From Planctomycetota bacterium (lineage in GTDB: Bacteria; Planctomycetota; UBA1135; UBA2386), in assembly GCA_965223545.1 (NCBI GenBank), contig OZ245006.1:1792001-1856000 (forward strand): a stretch of 64,000 nucleotides of DNA, read 5' to 3'. The notes below the pieces were generated by a model. It had not been told where the DNA came from. It saw nothing but the letters and a program-made list of their open reading frames with translations, and ran no database searches. Below, piece after piece: positions 47,661-58,199 of the stretch; position 1 is the stretch's first letter; each line of letters starts with the position of its first letter. The translations under genes were made by a program, and so were the position numbers.

Positions 47661-50600
47661 TGCGCGGTCACCTTCTCGTCCAAGACGCGGCCCTCGCCCT
47701 CGTAGTCGAGCAACAGCGCGCGCACCATGGGCGCCTTCTTCCAGGTGTTGGCGCGGAAGGTCTGCGGGTCGAACGCCCCGGGCCGGTAGACGGTGGAGAA
47801 CCGCGCCTCGATGCGGCTGCCCTGCCGGCCGATCGGATTCTCCACGCCACCCCGATCGAAGCGGAACAGGTGAGGGCTGGTCTCGGGATCGTCGGCGAAC
47901 GATCCGCGGCCATCGATCCGCACCAAGCACTCGACGTCGATCAGCTCGTCGTCGCGCTCCTCCTCCCAGAGCAGCCCGCGGAAGAACACCGGCGCCAGAT
48001 CCCAGGTGATCTGGAAGTAGGCCAGCTCCGGGTCGTCGGCCCGCTCGTGGTGGCGGTCCCAATAGCGCTGCGGGAACCAGATCACCGGCTCGCCCACCCC
48101 CGCGCCCACCGGCGTGGTGCCGTAGCGCCCGCGCAGTAGGCCGCGGCCGCGCGTCTGCGGCGCGTCCGGGTCGTCCCAGCTCGGCATCGTCAGCACCGCG
48201 CCGGCATCGACCCAGGCGTAGTGCAGCAGCTCGTTGCGCGCCAACAGGAGGGTGCCGCCGTAGGCCGGCAGGTCCGCCGCGTCGGCGACCACCAGCTCGC
48301 TGGCGCTCCCGTTGACGGGCGCGGTGAGGATGGCGGCCGGGATGTGGTCGAGGAAGTACACCAGCGCGCCCTCGGAGTGGGGCCGCGGCTCGGAGCCGAG
48401 CAGCCCGCGCCCCTCGCTGGCGATGACGAAGGTGCCGTCCGAGTGCGACTCGTAGGCCAGGATCTCGCCGTCGATCGACACCAGGCCGCCGGCCTGCGGC
48501 ACGGTCCGCGTCAGGTCGCCGTTGAAGGTCGCGTAGCCGTACGGCGTCACCACCAGGTCGGTGCGCACCAAGAAGGTGCGACCGTCCTGGGCCAGCTCCT
48601 CGTCGAGCAGCAGCGCGCGCGCGCGCCGGTTGACCACACCGATGTCGTCGACGATGCCGCTGCAGTCGCGCAGGTCGCGCAGCGGCGTCGTGCCGAACTC
48701 GCCGTTCTCGGCGGCCGCCGCCGGCAGCTCTCCCGATGGGAACTTGACCATGCGGTCGAGCTGGCGCGAGTCGGTGTTGAAGTTGCGCTCCTCGGGCCCG
48801 ATCAACAGCGTGCCGCCGACCCCCGCCTTCAGCCCGACGAGCTGGAACGGATACAACCCGAGCATCTCGCGCGGCACGCCCTCGTCGGGCTCGATGAAGT
48901 AGTAGGGGTCGTTGACGTTGCCCGGATCGGCGTCGAAGGCGAACCGCCGCGCCGCCCAGTTGACGGTGTGCCACTCGACGCCGGGCCGCTCGGTGCCGGA
49001 CGCCTGGCTGCCGGCGACCAGCGCGATGCGGTCGTTGCGGCCGGCGCGGCCCGAGCGCGCGCCGTAGTTGCCCCAATCGAGCTCGAAGCGGTGGCAGGGC
49101 AGGACCATCGCGTTGCTGCCGTGCGCGTGCGACGTCGTGCCGGTCAGCGGGTCGCCGCGGAAGCGGAGCGCGCGCCGCACCAGCTGGATCTGCGGGAAGT
49201 TGGGGTCGAACTCGACGTCGTCGGTGTAGCCGATGTAGCCGACGCCGGCCTCACGGCGCACCTCGGGGTAGGGGAAGCGCGTCAGCAGCGCGTTGAGCTC
49301 CTCGGCGCCGAGCTGTCCACCCAACGCCGCGCCCTCGCCGTTGTCGACACCATCCTCGGCGGTGGTGTCGGTGAGCTCGCGCCAGACCGCCAGCCAGCGG
49401 TGCAGATTGGCGCGCACCAGCCAGCCCTGCGGGTCGAGGTAGTCGTAGCGCACCCACTCGGTGTTGGCCTCGTCGCCCTCGCTGTAGATCTGCGCCCACT
49501 CGCTGCGCCCGATCACCGTGGGGTCCGGCAGGTTGGCGCCGGCGACCGGCAGCGAGATCGGCACGACGTAGCACAGGTACTGGTGCAGCTCCTCCGCCGG
49601 AATCCGCTCGTTGCCGTTGATCACGGTCAGGTTGGTCCACTGCGTGACGAAGTGGCGCGCTTTGCCGTCGAACACGCGGCGGTACTCGTACCCCTCGACC
49701 GGCGGCAGCGTCAGCCCGCGCTGGATGCCCGACAGCACGTCGCCGGTGCGCGCGCTGTAGCGGATCAGCTCGATGCCGCCGATGTCGCGGTTCGAGCTGT
49801 TGCCGGGGTTGCCCGCCGACTGCACCGCGAGGAAGCGCTGCACCAAGAGGGCGTAGCCGCCGGTCGCGGGGAAGGCGTCGAGGATCGGCTGGCTCGCGGG
49901 AGCGGGGGGATACTGCCGGTCGGCGATCGGATCCGCCAGCGAGATATCCTCCGAGCTGTCGACGTCGATGCCCTTGCCGACCTCGCGCGGCCGGCCGTTG
50001 AAGACGTACTGGATCGACGCTCCCGGGTCGACGACGGCGCGGGCGACGGCAAAGGCGCCGATGCTGGTCTGCAGCCGCCCCGCACTGACGTACACGGTTG
50101 TGTCGCGATACACCGGCACCGTGTAGCCGTACAGCTCGACCGCGGCGCCGAGCTCGTGGCCGGCGGCGACCTGCAGTCCCTGGATGCTCTCGACGTTGAC
50201 CGTCGGCCGGCCGTTGTTGTCCACCGGGATCGTCGGCGCGAACTCGTCGATGCGCATCCGCGCGGTGCGGCCGCCCATCGAGTTGTCGAACGCGCAGCGG
50301 AAGGTCGTCGCGGTCTTCGAGGTGTACTCGAACAGCTCGAGCCCGATGCGCAGCACGCCCTGCGGCGGGAACCCCTCGGTGTCCTCGACCCGGATGTCGA
50401 GGTACTTCAGCGCGTCCTGGAAGAACGGCTCGATCGGCTCCTGCGACTCCTGATACGGGTCGATCGGCGCCGCCAAGTAGGTGCGCAGGTCGGGCTCGCC
50501 GCGCTGCGTCCCGTCGACCGTCATGCTCAGCTGCCCGGGCTGGTTGCCACTGGCGGCGAGGTTGACGTGGAACCAGACTTCGGGGCGCAGGTCGATGTCG

Positions 50601-52912
50601 GTCAGTGGAACCCGCCAAGTGCCCGCGGTGCGCTCGGGCGCGGTGCCGGCCGCGGCGCTCTGTCCCGAGTCCGGATCGAGGCCGGCTTCATCCAGCACCT
50701 CGAACACCAAGTGCTGCTCCTCGATCGACAGCTTGATGCGGTTGGCGTCGACCCGGTCTGCCGCCAAGTCGAACAGGATTTGGTCGTCGACGTCGCGCAC
50801 CTGGAACCAGAACTGCACCGCGTGCGGCTGCGGAAGACCGCCCTCGCCAGTGAACGGAAAGCTGGCCGCGTGCCGGTTGGGACTCTGCACCGCCTGGCTG
50901 CCGGTGCGCGGGCCGGTGTTGAACAGCGAGTAGCCGCCCTCCTGCGCCACGTCGCGCCCCTCGGGGTGGCGGGACGTCGACATCGACTCGAACGCCGACA
51001 CCACTTCGTTGCCGCGGTAGTTGGGCCGCGTCGCCGCGGGCGCCAGGCGGAAGCCGTCGCTGGCCCCGTCGACGCTGGCAAAGCGCGATTCACCGAAGCC
51101 GAGGTCCGGATAGGCGGTCGCCAGCACGTGCGGGATGTGCCGCGACGGCGGGTTGGACGCGGCCGAGGGCGCACCGAGGTTGATCGGGTGCGTGGTGTAG
51201 AACGGGATCTGCCCATCGACCCGCACTGCCTCCTCGAACTGCGCCTGAGTCGCCAGCACAAGATCGAGAGTGGCGTCGGGCATCGCGACAGCGACGCCGG
51301 TGCGCTCGTGCCGGGCGGCGGTCTGGGTGCCGCGCACCCGCGCCGCCGCGGCGCGATAAGCGACGACCGGCGCCGACGTGAACGACAGCGGCGCCGTGGC
51401 CATGCGCAGCACTCCGATGTCCTGGCCGAGAAAACTGCGGTAGAGCTGCAGCAGCCGCGCCGACGCGCGGCCTTCCGCCTGCGCGAAGCGCGGCTCGAAG
51501 AAGCGCTCGGCGAGGTCTTCGAAGCCGTCGAACGGCCGCAGCTCGTCGGCGTCCGCCAACCCGCCGGCCAACGCGTCCAGGTAGTCCTCGTCGCCACGCA
51601 ATGCCAGCAGCGACTCGGCGACCGCGCGCGCCTCGGCAGCCGAGAAGGGCGCCGCGCTCGGCGCGGTGTGCTGCTCGACGCCGACGGGCGGCGAGCCGAC
51701 CCCTGCGACCAGCGCAGACAGCACGTCGGCCGAGGCGGTGTTGACGTTGACCGGGTGCGGCAGCAGCACTTCGACGACGGTGTCGAAGGCGGCCAAGCTG
51801 CGCGACGGCGGCCGCATCAGCACCAACCGGTGGCGCGAGGGCAGGGCCACGGTGCCGGAGTCACCGGCAGGCCGCACCGCCCACACCACGCCGTACTCGA
51901 CGCCCCCATCGCGGAGGTTGCGGATCCGCACCACCGAGCCGGCGCCGATGCTGCGCGCGGAGCGCACCGTCACGACCACCGCCGACCACGGCTCGAGGCC
52001 GAGGTCGAGCGGCTCGAACACGCGCTCGGCCCGTCCCCAGTCGGCGGCCCGCTCGCGCACCGAGGCCACCGTGCAGTGCTGGCGCAGCAGGTCGATCTCC
52101 TGCGGCGAGAACTCGCCGAAGCCCAGCTCGCCGATCCGGTTGATCTCCTCGATCGAGCCCAGTGGCCGGCGGCGGTCGCGGCGGTCGTCCTCGGCGTGGT
52201 AGAACGAGTCGCTGATCGCGAGCAGCACGCGGTAGTCGAACACCAGCGCGCCGGGCGGCAGGGTCCGCTCCTCGTCGTACGGCTGGTAGCCCTTGTCCAC
52301 CGCCAGCAGACCGCGGCTCAAGCCGCCGAGGACGTTGCCGTCGCGGTGCGTGTAGCGGATCAGCTCGCGCCCGACCATGACGTAGCCCTGGTCTTTGAAG
52401 TTGGCGGCCCCGGCGAGCACCAGCTCGCTGAAGTCCGGATCGTGCTGCTCGGAGGTGCGCGCCACCAGGCCCAGCAGGTTGCCGAGCACCAGCGGCGTCG
52501 CGGTGTTGAGGTTGATGCGCCGCTGCAGGTCGTAGACCTCGGCGGCCAGCAAGTTCTGGTCGAAGCCCTGACCGCGCAGCGCGGCGAACGCCTCGGGCAC
52601 CTCGAGCTGCGAGGGGAACTCGTGGCGCGCGTCGAAGGCCGTGTCTTCGTCGAGCGTGTCGTGCGTCAGAGACGCGCGGTGCAGGACGAGATCGCGGGCG
52701 TTCGCCGATGCCATCTCGGCGTGCACCGCGTCGGCCATCTGCCGGGACACGGCGTCGCCGTTGTCCATCGACAGGGCAAACGGCACCGACAACGCCAGCA
52801 GCATGCTGAGCACCACCAGCACCGCCAGCAGCGCGAAGCCGCCAGCGGCGGGTAGCCGGTTGGCGGACATCGCCGCGCTCGATCCGAACCGTTCGATCCG
52901 CGCCCGCATCAT
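47657..52912 (-). CDS. Giant (~1750 aa) GspK/PilX-like minor pseudopilin with LamG-like and repeated beta modules
   Basis: AAGGAG RBS; GG|FALLAVLVVL (no Glu5, K-type); INLNTA and VNVNTA motifs. Confidence 0.75.
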   Translation of the reverse strand: MMRARIERFGSSAAMSANRLPAAGGFALLAVLVVLSMLLALSVPFALSMDNGDAVSRQMADAVHAEMASANARDLVLHRASLTHDTLDEDTAFDARHEFPSQLEVPEAFAALRGQGFDQNLLAAEVYDLQRRINLNTATPLVLGNLLGLVARTSEQHDPDFSELVLAGAANFKDQGYVMVGRELIRYTHRDGNVLGGLSRGLLAVDKGYQPYDEERTLPPGALVFDYRVLLAISDSFYHAEDDRRDRRRPLGSIEEINRIGELGFGEFSPQEIDLLRQHCTVASVRERAADWGRAERVFEPLDLGLEPWSAVVVTVRSARSIGAGSVVRIRNLRDGGVEYGVVWAVRPAGDSGTVALPSRHRLVLMRPPSRSLAAFDTVVEVLLPHPVNVNTASADVLSALVAGVGSPPVGVEQHTAPSAAPFSAAEARAVAESLLALRGDEDYLDALAGGLADADELRPFDGFEDLAERFFEPRFAQAEGRASARLLQLYRSFLGQDIGVLRMATAPLSFTSAPVVAYRAAAARVRGTQTAARHERTGVAVAMPDATLDLVLATQAQFEEAVRVDGQIPFYTTHPINLGAPSAASNPPSRHIPHVLATAYPDLGFGESRFASVDGASDGFRLAPAATRPNYRGNEVVSAFESMSTSRHPEGRDVAQEGGYSLFNTGPRTGSQAVQSPNRHAASFPFTGEGGLPQPHAVQFWFQVRDVDDQILFDLAADRVDANRIKLSIEEQHLVFEVLDEAGLDPDSGQSAAAGTAPERTAGTWRVPLTDIDLRPEVWFHVNLAASGNQPGQLSMTVDGTQRGEPDLRTYLAAPIDPYQESQEPIEPFFQDALKYLDIRVEDTEGFPPQGVLRIGLELFEYTSKTATTFRCAFDNSMGGRTARMRIDEFAPTIPVDNNGRPTVNVESIQGLQVAAGHELGAAVELYGYTVPVYRDTTVYVSAGRLQTSIGAFAVARAVVDPGASIQYVFNGRPREVGKGIDVDSSEDISLADPIADRQYPPAPASQPILDAFPATGGYALLVQRFLAVQSAGNPGNSSNRDIGGIELIRYSARTGDVLSGIQRGLTLPPVEGYEYRRVFDGKARHFVTQWTNLTVINGNERIPAEELHQYLCYVVPISLPVAGANLPDPTVIGRSEWAQIYSEGDEANTEWVRYDYLDPQGWLVRANLHRWLAVWRELTDTTAEDGVDNGEGAALGGQLGAEELNALLTRFPYPEVRREAGVGYIGYTDDVEFDPNFPQIQLVRRALRFRGDPLTGTTSHAHGSNAMVLPCHRFELDWGNYGARSGRAGRNDRIALVAGSQASGTERPGVEWHTVNWAARRFAFDADPGNVNDPYYFIEPDEGVPREMLGLYPFQLVGLKAGVGGTLLIGPEERNFNTDSRQLDRMVKFPSGELPAAAAENGEFGTTPLRDLRDCSGIVDDIGVVNRRARALLLDEELAQDGRTFLVRTDLVVTPYGYATFNGDLTRTVPQAGGLVSIDGEILAYESHSDGTFVIASEGRGLLGSEPRPHSEGALVYFLDHIPAAILTAPVNGSASELVVADAADLPAYGGTLLLARNELLHYAWVDAGAVLTMPSWDDPDAPQTRGRGLLRGRYGTTPVGAGVGEPVIWFPQRYWDRHHERADDPELAYFQITWDLAPVFFRGLLWEEERDDELIDVECLVRIDGRGSFADDPETSPHLFRFDRGGVENPIGRQGSRIEARFSTVYRPGAFDPQTFRANTWKKAPMVRALLLDYEGEGRVLDEKVTAQ

Positions 52913-53970
52913 GGCATCTCCTTTGCGCCGGCGGCGAACACCGGCTGCAACACACCTCCGGGGGCGACGCGCCGCCGCTCGGTGAGCTCGTCGTCCCCCA
53001 TCGGCATCACCAACGAGAACGCGAACTCCTGCGGCTCGACCAGCGCGCCATCGCGGCCGAACGCCAACCGCCACGGCGGCGCCGGCTGGACTTCGACCCC
53101 GACCGGCAGCAGCTGCAGATCGCCGTCTTCGTAGGCCAGCAGTTGCACCTCGTCGACCAGACCATCGAACGCATCGGTGCCCGGCGACACCTCGAGCACC
53201 GCGCCGCTGCGATCGAACGGGCGTCCGCCGGCGACCTCGCGCGCCACCAGCTGGCCGTCGACCAACAGGGAAACCTCGCGACCGTCGTGGTTGAGCTCGA
53301 GGGCGGCCCATTGCGAAAGGCGCAGCGGCCAGCGCGCCGTCAGCTGGACGGTGGTGCCGGGGTTGTCGGCGGTGCCGGCCAGCGTGACCGCCGCCTGCGG
53401 CACGAGGTCGGGGTCCAGCGAAAGCGTGAACGCGCGCCCGTAGCGCACGACGATCGCCGCCCCGTAGCTGTCGGGCCGCACGTCGACCCGCACGGCGAAG
53501 CCGGTGCCGAGGGCGAGCGCGCCCTCTCGGTTGTGCACCGTGAGCAGCGCGGCACCACTGTCCAGATCGTGCCGCCGCGCCTGGCCGAAACGGCCCGGCT
53601 CGGCGTGCCCCGACAGCTGCGGGGTCAGCCGCCGATCGAACGGCCGCTCGCCCTCCTCGAAGTGCCAGCTGCCGACGTGGCGCAAGCCACGCACGTGGAT
53701 CCGCACCGGCGCCCCATCCCGGCCGCCGGTCGCCTGCACCTCGGTGGGCAGACTGCGCGCGCGCGCGGTGGTCGCCGCCACCCGGATCTGGTCGCCGACA
53801 GTCAGCAGCGCGGCGTCCAGATCGGTCGCGCCGCGCTGCAGGAAACCGACCCCCACCCCCATGAGCGTGGCGACGACCGCGAGCACGACCAACAGCTCGA
53901 GCAAGGTGAACCCCGCGCGGCGGGCGCGGGTCCCGGGCGCGGGCGCCAGCTGCTGCGGGTGGGGCGTCAC
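52909..53970 (-). CDS. Minor pseudopilin, GspH/FimT-like, with LamG-like domain
   Basis: RRAG|FTLLELLVV; WHFEEG, LLVDG, FDGLVDEV. Confidence 0.75.
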   Translation of the reverse strand: MTPHPQQLAPAPGTRARRAGFTLLELLVVLAVVATLMGVGVGFLQRGATDLDAALLTVGDQIRVAATTARARSLPTEVQATGGRDGAPVRIHVRGLRHVGSWHFEEGERPFDRRLTPQLSGHAEPGRFGQARRHDLDSGAALLTVHNREGALALGTGFAVRVDVRPDSYGAAIVVRYGRAFTLSLDPDLVPQAAVTLAGTADNPGTTVQLTARWPLRLSQWAALELNHDGREVSLLVDGQLVAREVAGGRPFDRSGAVLEVSPGTDAFDGLVDEVQLLAYEDGDLQLLPVGVEVQPAPPWRLAFGRDGALVEPQEFAFSLVMPMGDDELTERRRVAPGGVLQPVFAAGAKEMP

Positions 53971-54626
53971 TCCTCCTCGCGCACGATCGGTGGAAAGCAG
54001 ACGTCGTCGTCGTTGCCGAACTGGCCGTCGGGACCGGCGGACAGCACCTGGAACTGGCCGGCCGGCTTGCCGGTGCGCGGATTGGTCCGCGGCCGCACCG
54101 AAACCGTGTCGCCCTCCGGCGTGCGCACCTGCTGCTTGCGGCCGAAGCCACCGTTCTGACTGTTGAAGTACACCAGCGGCATGCCCCACGCGTCGACCAC
54201 CTCGACCTTCTCGGTGCGGTCGAGGCCGCGCAGAGTGGTACCGGCCTTGTCGCTGTCGGTGTTCGCCAGCCAGTCCTCGTGGTCGGTGATCTGGTCGCGG
54301 CCGAGGCGCTGCTGGGTCAGAGCGATGAGCAGGGACTCGATGCCGCTGTTGACGTTGTCGGCCTTGACCTGCACCCCGTCGAGGTCGGCGAAGTTGTCGG
54401 CGGGGTAGTGGCCGACCTTGCGCTCGTAGGACTTGATCGCCTGCGCCAGGAACTGCACGCGGGCTTCGGTGGCGGCGACCTCACCGGCGGTGCTGGCACC
54501 GAGCACGTCCGGCAGGATCGCGACCGCCAACACACCGAGCACGGCGAGCACCACCAGCATCTCGATCAGGGTGAAGCCGAGCGAACGGCCCCGGCGTCGC
54601 GCATCCGTCATGTCGGTTCTCTTCAT
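53967..54626 (-). CDS. gspG: Major pseudopilin GspG-like
   Basis: LG|FTLIEMLVVL; DAWGMPLVY; LSAGPDGQFGNDDD. Confidence 0.8.
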   Translation of the reverse strand: MKRTDMTDARRRGRSLGFTLIEMLVVLAVLGVLAVAILPDVLGASTAGEVAATEARVQFLAQAIKSYERKVGHYPADNFADLDGVQVKADNVNSGIESLLIALTQQRLGRDQITDHEDWLANTDSDKAGTTLRGLDRTEKVEVVDAWGMPLVYFNSQNGGFGRKQQVRTPEGDTVSVRPRTNPRTGKPAGQFQVLSAGPDGQFGNDDDVCFPPIVREEE

Positions 54627-57337
54627 CGCTGCTCCTTGCGACGCACGAGGCGGAAGTCGTCGAACTCGACGTCCACCCGGTTGCCTGCGTTGGCGTAGGC
54701 CAACAGCTCGATCGGCATCTCCAAGCGCGTCGACCGCCGCAGCTTCTCGATTCCTCGCTCGTGCAGCACGACGCCGTTCCACTCGGCGCGCAGCACGAAC
54801 CGCTGATCGTCGTCGGGCTGGGGATACACCGACAACGCCAGCGCTTGCGGCGCCGACTGATCGAACGGCAACTCCTCCAGCTCGACCGGGTCCCAAAGCG
54901 CGCGCTCGTCTTCGTCGGCGTTGTCGGGCCGCCCGTCTTCGATCAACAAGAACGGCTGGCCCTCGCTGAAGCCCAGCCGCGCGCGGAAGTCCGGTCCGGC
55001 CCCCCCGCGGCGGGACAACGTCGAGATCTGCAAGCCCGCAAAGCGCGAAGCGTCACCGGGCCGGCGGTGGATCACCACCTCCGCGGCGAGGAAGTTGCCG
55101 GCCACCGGCTGGCTGCGGCGCGCCACGATCGGCTGACTGCCGCTGGGCTGCTGTCCGGCCAGTCGCAGCCGCCCGTCGCTCAGCATCGGCAAGAAGCCGG
55201 GCTGCTTGTCGACGTCCCAGCGGTCACCGAGCACCTCGCGCTCGAAGGCGTCGCGCAGCTGCTCCTTCTGGTTGTGATCGTTGATGAGCTCCAAGACCTC
55301 TTCCGCGTAGGCGCGCAGCGGATCGCCACTGCGGGTGCGCGTCACCAAGTCGGTGAAGCGATTGGCGGCCTCGACGACTCGGTTGCGGGCGTACTCGACC
55401 AACGCCAAGCCGACGCTGCAGAACTCGCTGCCGCGCTCGTCACCCGCCTTGAACGGCTGGGTCGCGCTGATCGGGTCGGCGCGGAAGCGGATCGCCCCCT
55501 GCAGCTCCAACAGAGCGAGATCGACCTCGCCGCGCTGCGCCTCGAGCACCACGGCCCGATCGATGTAGCGCTGTGCACGGACGATCAACGCCGCCGCGCC
55601 GGCGTTGCTCTCGACCATGCCGAGATAGGTCTCGGCGGTCTCCGCCAACGCCTCGACGAAGTCATCGCTCTCGGCCAGCGCCGCGGCCAGCGCGTCGAGC
55701 GCGCCGCTCGAATCGCCGAGCCGCCGCCGCGCACAACCGAGCAGATACTGCGCGTGGGCGTCGTGGGGTGCCGCCTCCACCGCCGCTTCGAGCTCGGTGA
55801 CCGCCAGCTGTGGGTTCGCCGTGCGCAAGTACAGCAAGCCGAGACCGGCGAGGGCCACATGCCGCTGCAACGGCGCCGACTCCACCACTGCGCGCAGGCT
55901 CGCCTCCGCCGCGCGCCAGCGGCCATCGAGCACCCGACAGAGCGCCTGCCCCAGCGCGGCGCGGTCGCCGACCGCGAGGTCTTGCACGGCGCCGGCATAG
56001 GCCTTCTCGGCTTCGTCGAACTCACCCGCGGTGTAGGCGATCGCGCCCTTGAGCAGGTCCCGGCGGGCGCGCACGGCCTCGCCGCGCGGCACCCGCGTCA
56101 GCGCATTCCGCGCCGCGCTGAGGTCACCCCGCGCCAGCTGCACCGCGATGACGCTGGCGCACACTTGCAGCAGCTGCTCGTCGTCGGTCAGCGTAGTGCG
56201 GTTGCGCCAGGCGGCATCGGCCTCCTCGAGCGCGGCCTCGACATCGCCGGCGGTCAGCAGCGCGCGCGCATGGGCGGCGCGCACCAGCGGATCGCTGGGC
56301 TGCGCCGCGGCGGCCTGGCCGAGGTGCTCCAGCGCCGCCACGTCCAGCCCCAGGGCCACTTCGACCTCGGCGAGGCCGGCCAGCTGCAGGGCGCTGCCCT
56401 CGAGCTCGCCCGACAATCCCTGGTACATGGCCAGCAGCTCGCTCAGCGCGCCGCGCTCGCGCAGCACGCGCGCCTTCAGGCGGTAGGCCTCGACCGAGCC
56501 ACCCGAGATCTCGACGTAGCGTTCGACCTCGTCGGCGGCGATCGCGTAGACCCAGGCGTGCTGGCGCGCGATGCGCAGCGCGTCGAGCAGATACTCGCGG
56601 CGGCGCACCTGCGAGGCCTCACCGTCGCCGAGATCGCGCCGGCGCACCTCGAGGCGGTTGCGCAGGGTGTCCGCCAGCTCGACCAGCTGCACTTCCTCGG
56701 GCTCGAAGGTCTCCGACCGCATGATCTGGCCGGTGTTGATCGACACCCGATCGAAACGGACCGGCTCGCGGAACTGCGTCGCGCCGTGCAGCTCGTACTT
56801 GTTGGCGTTGCGCACGTAGCCCTTGAGCGGCAGGCCGGTCGAGACCAGCACCACCGTGTCGTAGGTGTCGTCGTCGCCATCGCCGCCGCCCGCGCCGCCA
56901 TTGAGCCCTTCGCCGGCACCGCCCTCGCCGAGCAACGGCGTCGACGAGGGGTCGCCCTCGCCCTCGGTGCCCGGCCCGAGCGCCACCTGCGTGGCAGGGG
57001 CGCCGTCGACGCGCAGCAGGCGGTAGGCCGGCGGCGCCGGCCCCGGGTCGAGGGGCGGTGCCACCAGGGGCAGCGTCCGGCGCGGCGGGAACGGCAGTGG
57101 CCGCGGTCCGAGCGGCGCGGTCTCCGACGGCTCGACGAACGGATCGCGCTCGCCCGGCCGCCGGGGCGCGGCCGCCGCGGCCTCGACGAGCGGGTGGGCA
57201 GGCGCCTCTCCGGCCTCGTACTCGGCGTAGCTCACCGACACGCGACTGCTGATCGGCGTCGGCTTCATCGAGGTCCACGCCCAGGCGCCCAGCGCCAGCA
57301 CGACGAGGAACAGTCCCTGCTCTTTGCGAATCTGCAT
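54623..57337 (-). CDS. Membrane-anchored TPR protein with C-terminal beta-sandwich
   Basis: N-terminal TM, multiple TPR-like helical repeats, terminal FDDFRL. Confidence 0.75.
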   Translation of the reverse strand: MQIRKEQGLFLVVLALGAWAWTSMKPTPISSRVSVSYAEYEAGEAPAHPLVEAAAAAPRRPGERDPFVEPSETAPLGPRPLPFPPRRTLPLVAPPLDPGPAPPAYRLLRVDGAPATQVALGPGTEGEGDPSSTPLLGEGGAGEGLNGGAGGGDGDDDTYDTVVLVSTGLPLKGYVRNANKYELHGATQFREPVRFDRVSINTGQIMRSETFEPEEVQLVELADTLRNRLEVRRRDLGDGEASQVRRREYLLDALRIARQHAWVYAIAADEVERYVEISGGSVEAYRLKARVLRERGALSELLAMYQGLSGELEGSALQLAGLAEVEVALGLDVAALEHLGQAAAAQPSDPLVRAAHARALLTAGDVEAALEEADAAWRNRTTLTDDEQLLQVCASVIAVQLARGDLSAARNALTRVPRGEAVRARRDLLKGAIAYTAGEFDEAEKAYAGAVQDLAVGDRAALGQALCRVLDGRWRAAEASLRAVVESAPLQRHVALAGLGLLYLRTANPQLAVTELEAAVEAAPHDAHAQYLLGCARRRLGDSSGALDALAAALAESDDFVEALAETAETYLGMVESNAGAAALIVRAQRYIDRAVVLEAQRGEVDLALLELQGAIRFRADPISATQPFKAGDERGSEFCSVGLALVEYARNRVVEAANRFTDLVTRTRSGDPLRAYAEEVLELINDHNQKEQLRDAFEREVLGDRWDVDKQPGFLPMLSDGRLRLAGQQPSGSQPIVARRSQPVAGNFLAAEVVIHRRPGDASRFAGLQISTLSRRGGAGPDFRARLGFSEGQPFLLIEDGRPDNADEDERALWDPVELEELPFDQSAPQALALSVYPQPDDDQRFVLRAEWNGVVLHERGIEKLRRSTRLEMPIELLAYANAGNRVDVEFDDFRLVRRKEQR

Positions 57338-57374
57338 GCGCGGTCGACCTATCGGGGGGCGTTGTGGTGGGCCT

Positions 57375-58199
57375 TCATGACTGCTCGAGGATCTGCACGC
57401 CGCTCAGAGTGCCCTGCACGACCAGTGGATCGCCGGCCGAACGCCCGGCGGAGATCTTGAAGTCGGGACCGACCACCAGCGACGGCGCTTCGCGGCGGCA
57501 AGCCTCCAAGAACGCCTTCACCGCCCCCTCGTCGGCGGTGAACTCGACCCGCACCGCGACCTCGGCGAGCAGCTGGCCGAGGTCGATGCCACCGCGTTCG
57601 GCGCGCGGGCGCCGCCGCGGCCGGCGGCCGGTCGAGCGCCGGGCGGCGTTGACCTGCAGCCGCTCGATCGAGGCGACGCCGATCGCGTCCGGATCCGCCT
57701 CGCGCACGATCTCGTGCGCCGCGGACAGCCGCGCCGCGACGGCCTGCACGACGGCGATTCCGGCCAGCACGCTCTGGATCTCGTCGCGGTCGGTCGGCGT
57801 CGCCCAGGTGACGTTGCTGCCGTTGACCGCGATCCCCAGCAGCTCGGTGCGCTCGAGCAGCTCGCGGCGGACCCCGCGGCCGACCGACGCGAGGTGCAGA
57901 TCGGGCACGTCGACCCCGTCGAGCGAGAACTCGGCCGGCAGGGCGAACCCCAGCGCCGCCTGCAGCTCGGCACGCACCGAGTCCAGCTGCTCGTGCTCGT
58001 CCTCGGCGGCGGACAGCGCGTCACGACCGTAGAGGTCGTCACCTTTGAGCGCGTTGCGCGCGGCGCTGATCTTGCGCTGCACACCGGAGGTGCTGTAGAC
58101 GCTGCCGATGATCGAAGTGCCGATCCAGTAGACCAGGAAGCCGAGCGCGACCCCGAGGATCCAGCGCTTGTTCTCCTGCCAGAACTCGTGAAAGTCCAT
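57375..58199 (-). CDS. PilO/GspM-like bitopic coiled-coil protein
   Basis: TM + coiled coil + VRVEFTAD...VKAFL; directly after pilM. Confidence 0.55.
   Translation of the reverse strand: MDFHEFWQENKRWILGVALGFLVYWIGTSIIGSVYSTSGVQRKISAARNALKGDDLYGRDALSAAEDEHEQLDSVRAELQAALGFALPAEFSLDGVDVPDLHLASVGRGVRRELLERTELLGIAVNGSNVTWATPTDRDEIQSVLAGIAVVQAVAARLSAAHEIVREADPDAIGVASIERLQVNAARRSTGRRPRRRPRAERGGIDLGQLLAEVAVRVEFTADEGAVKAFLEACRREAPSLVVGPDFKISAGRSAGDPLVVQGTLSGVQILEQS

Noticed and set aside
52913..54151. N-terminal extension making the K-like ORF 2164 aa
   Set aside because: Overlaps the H- and G-like genes in another frame; the RBS and prepilin motif place the start at 52912.
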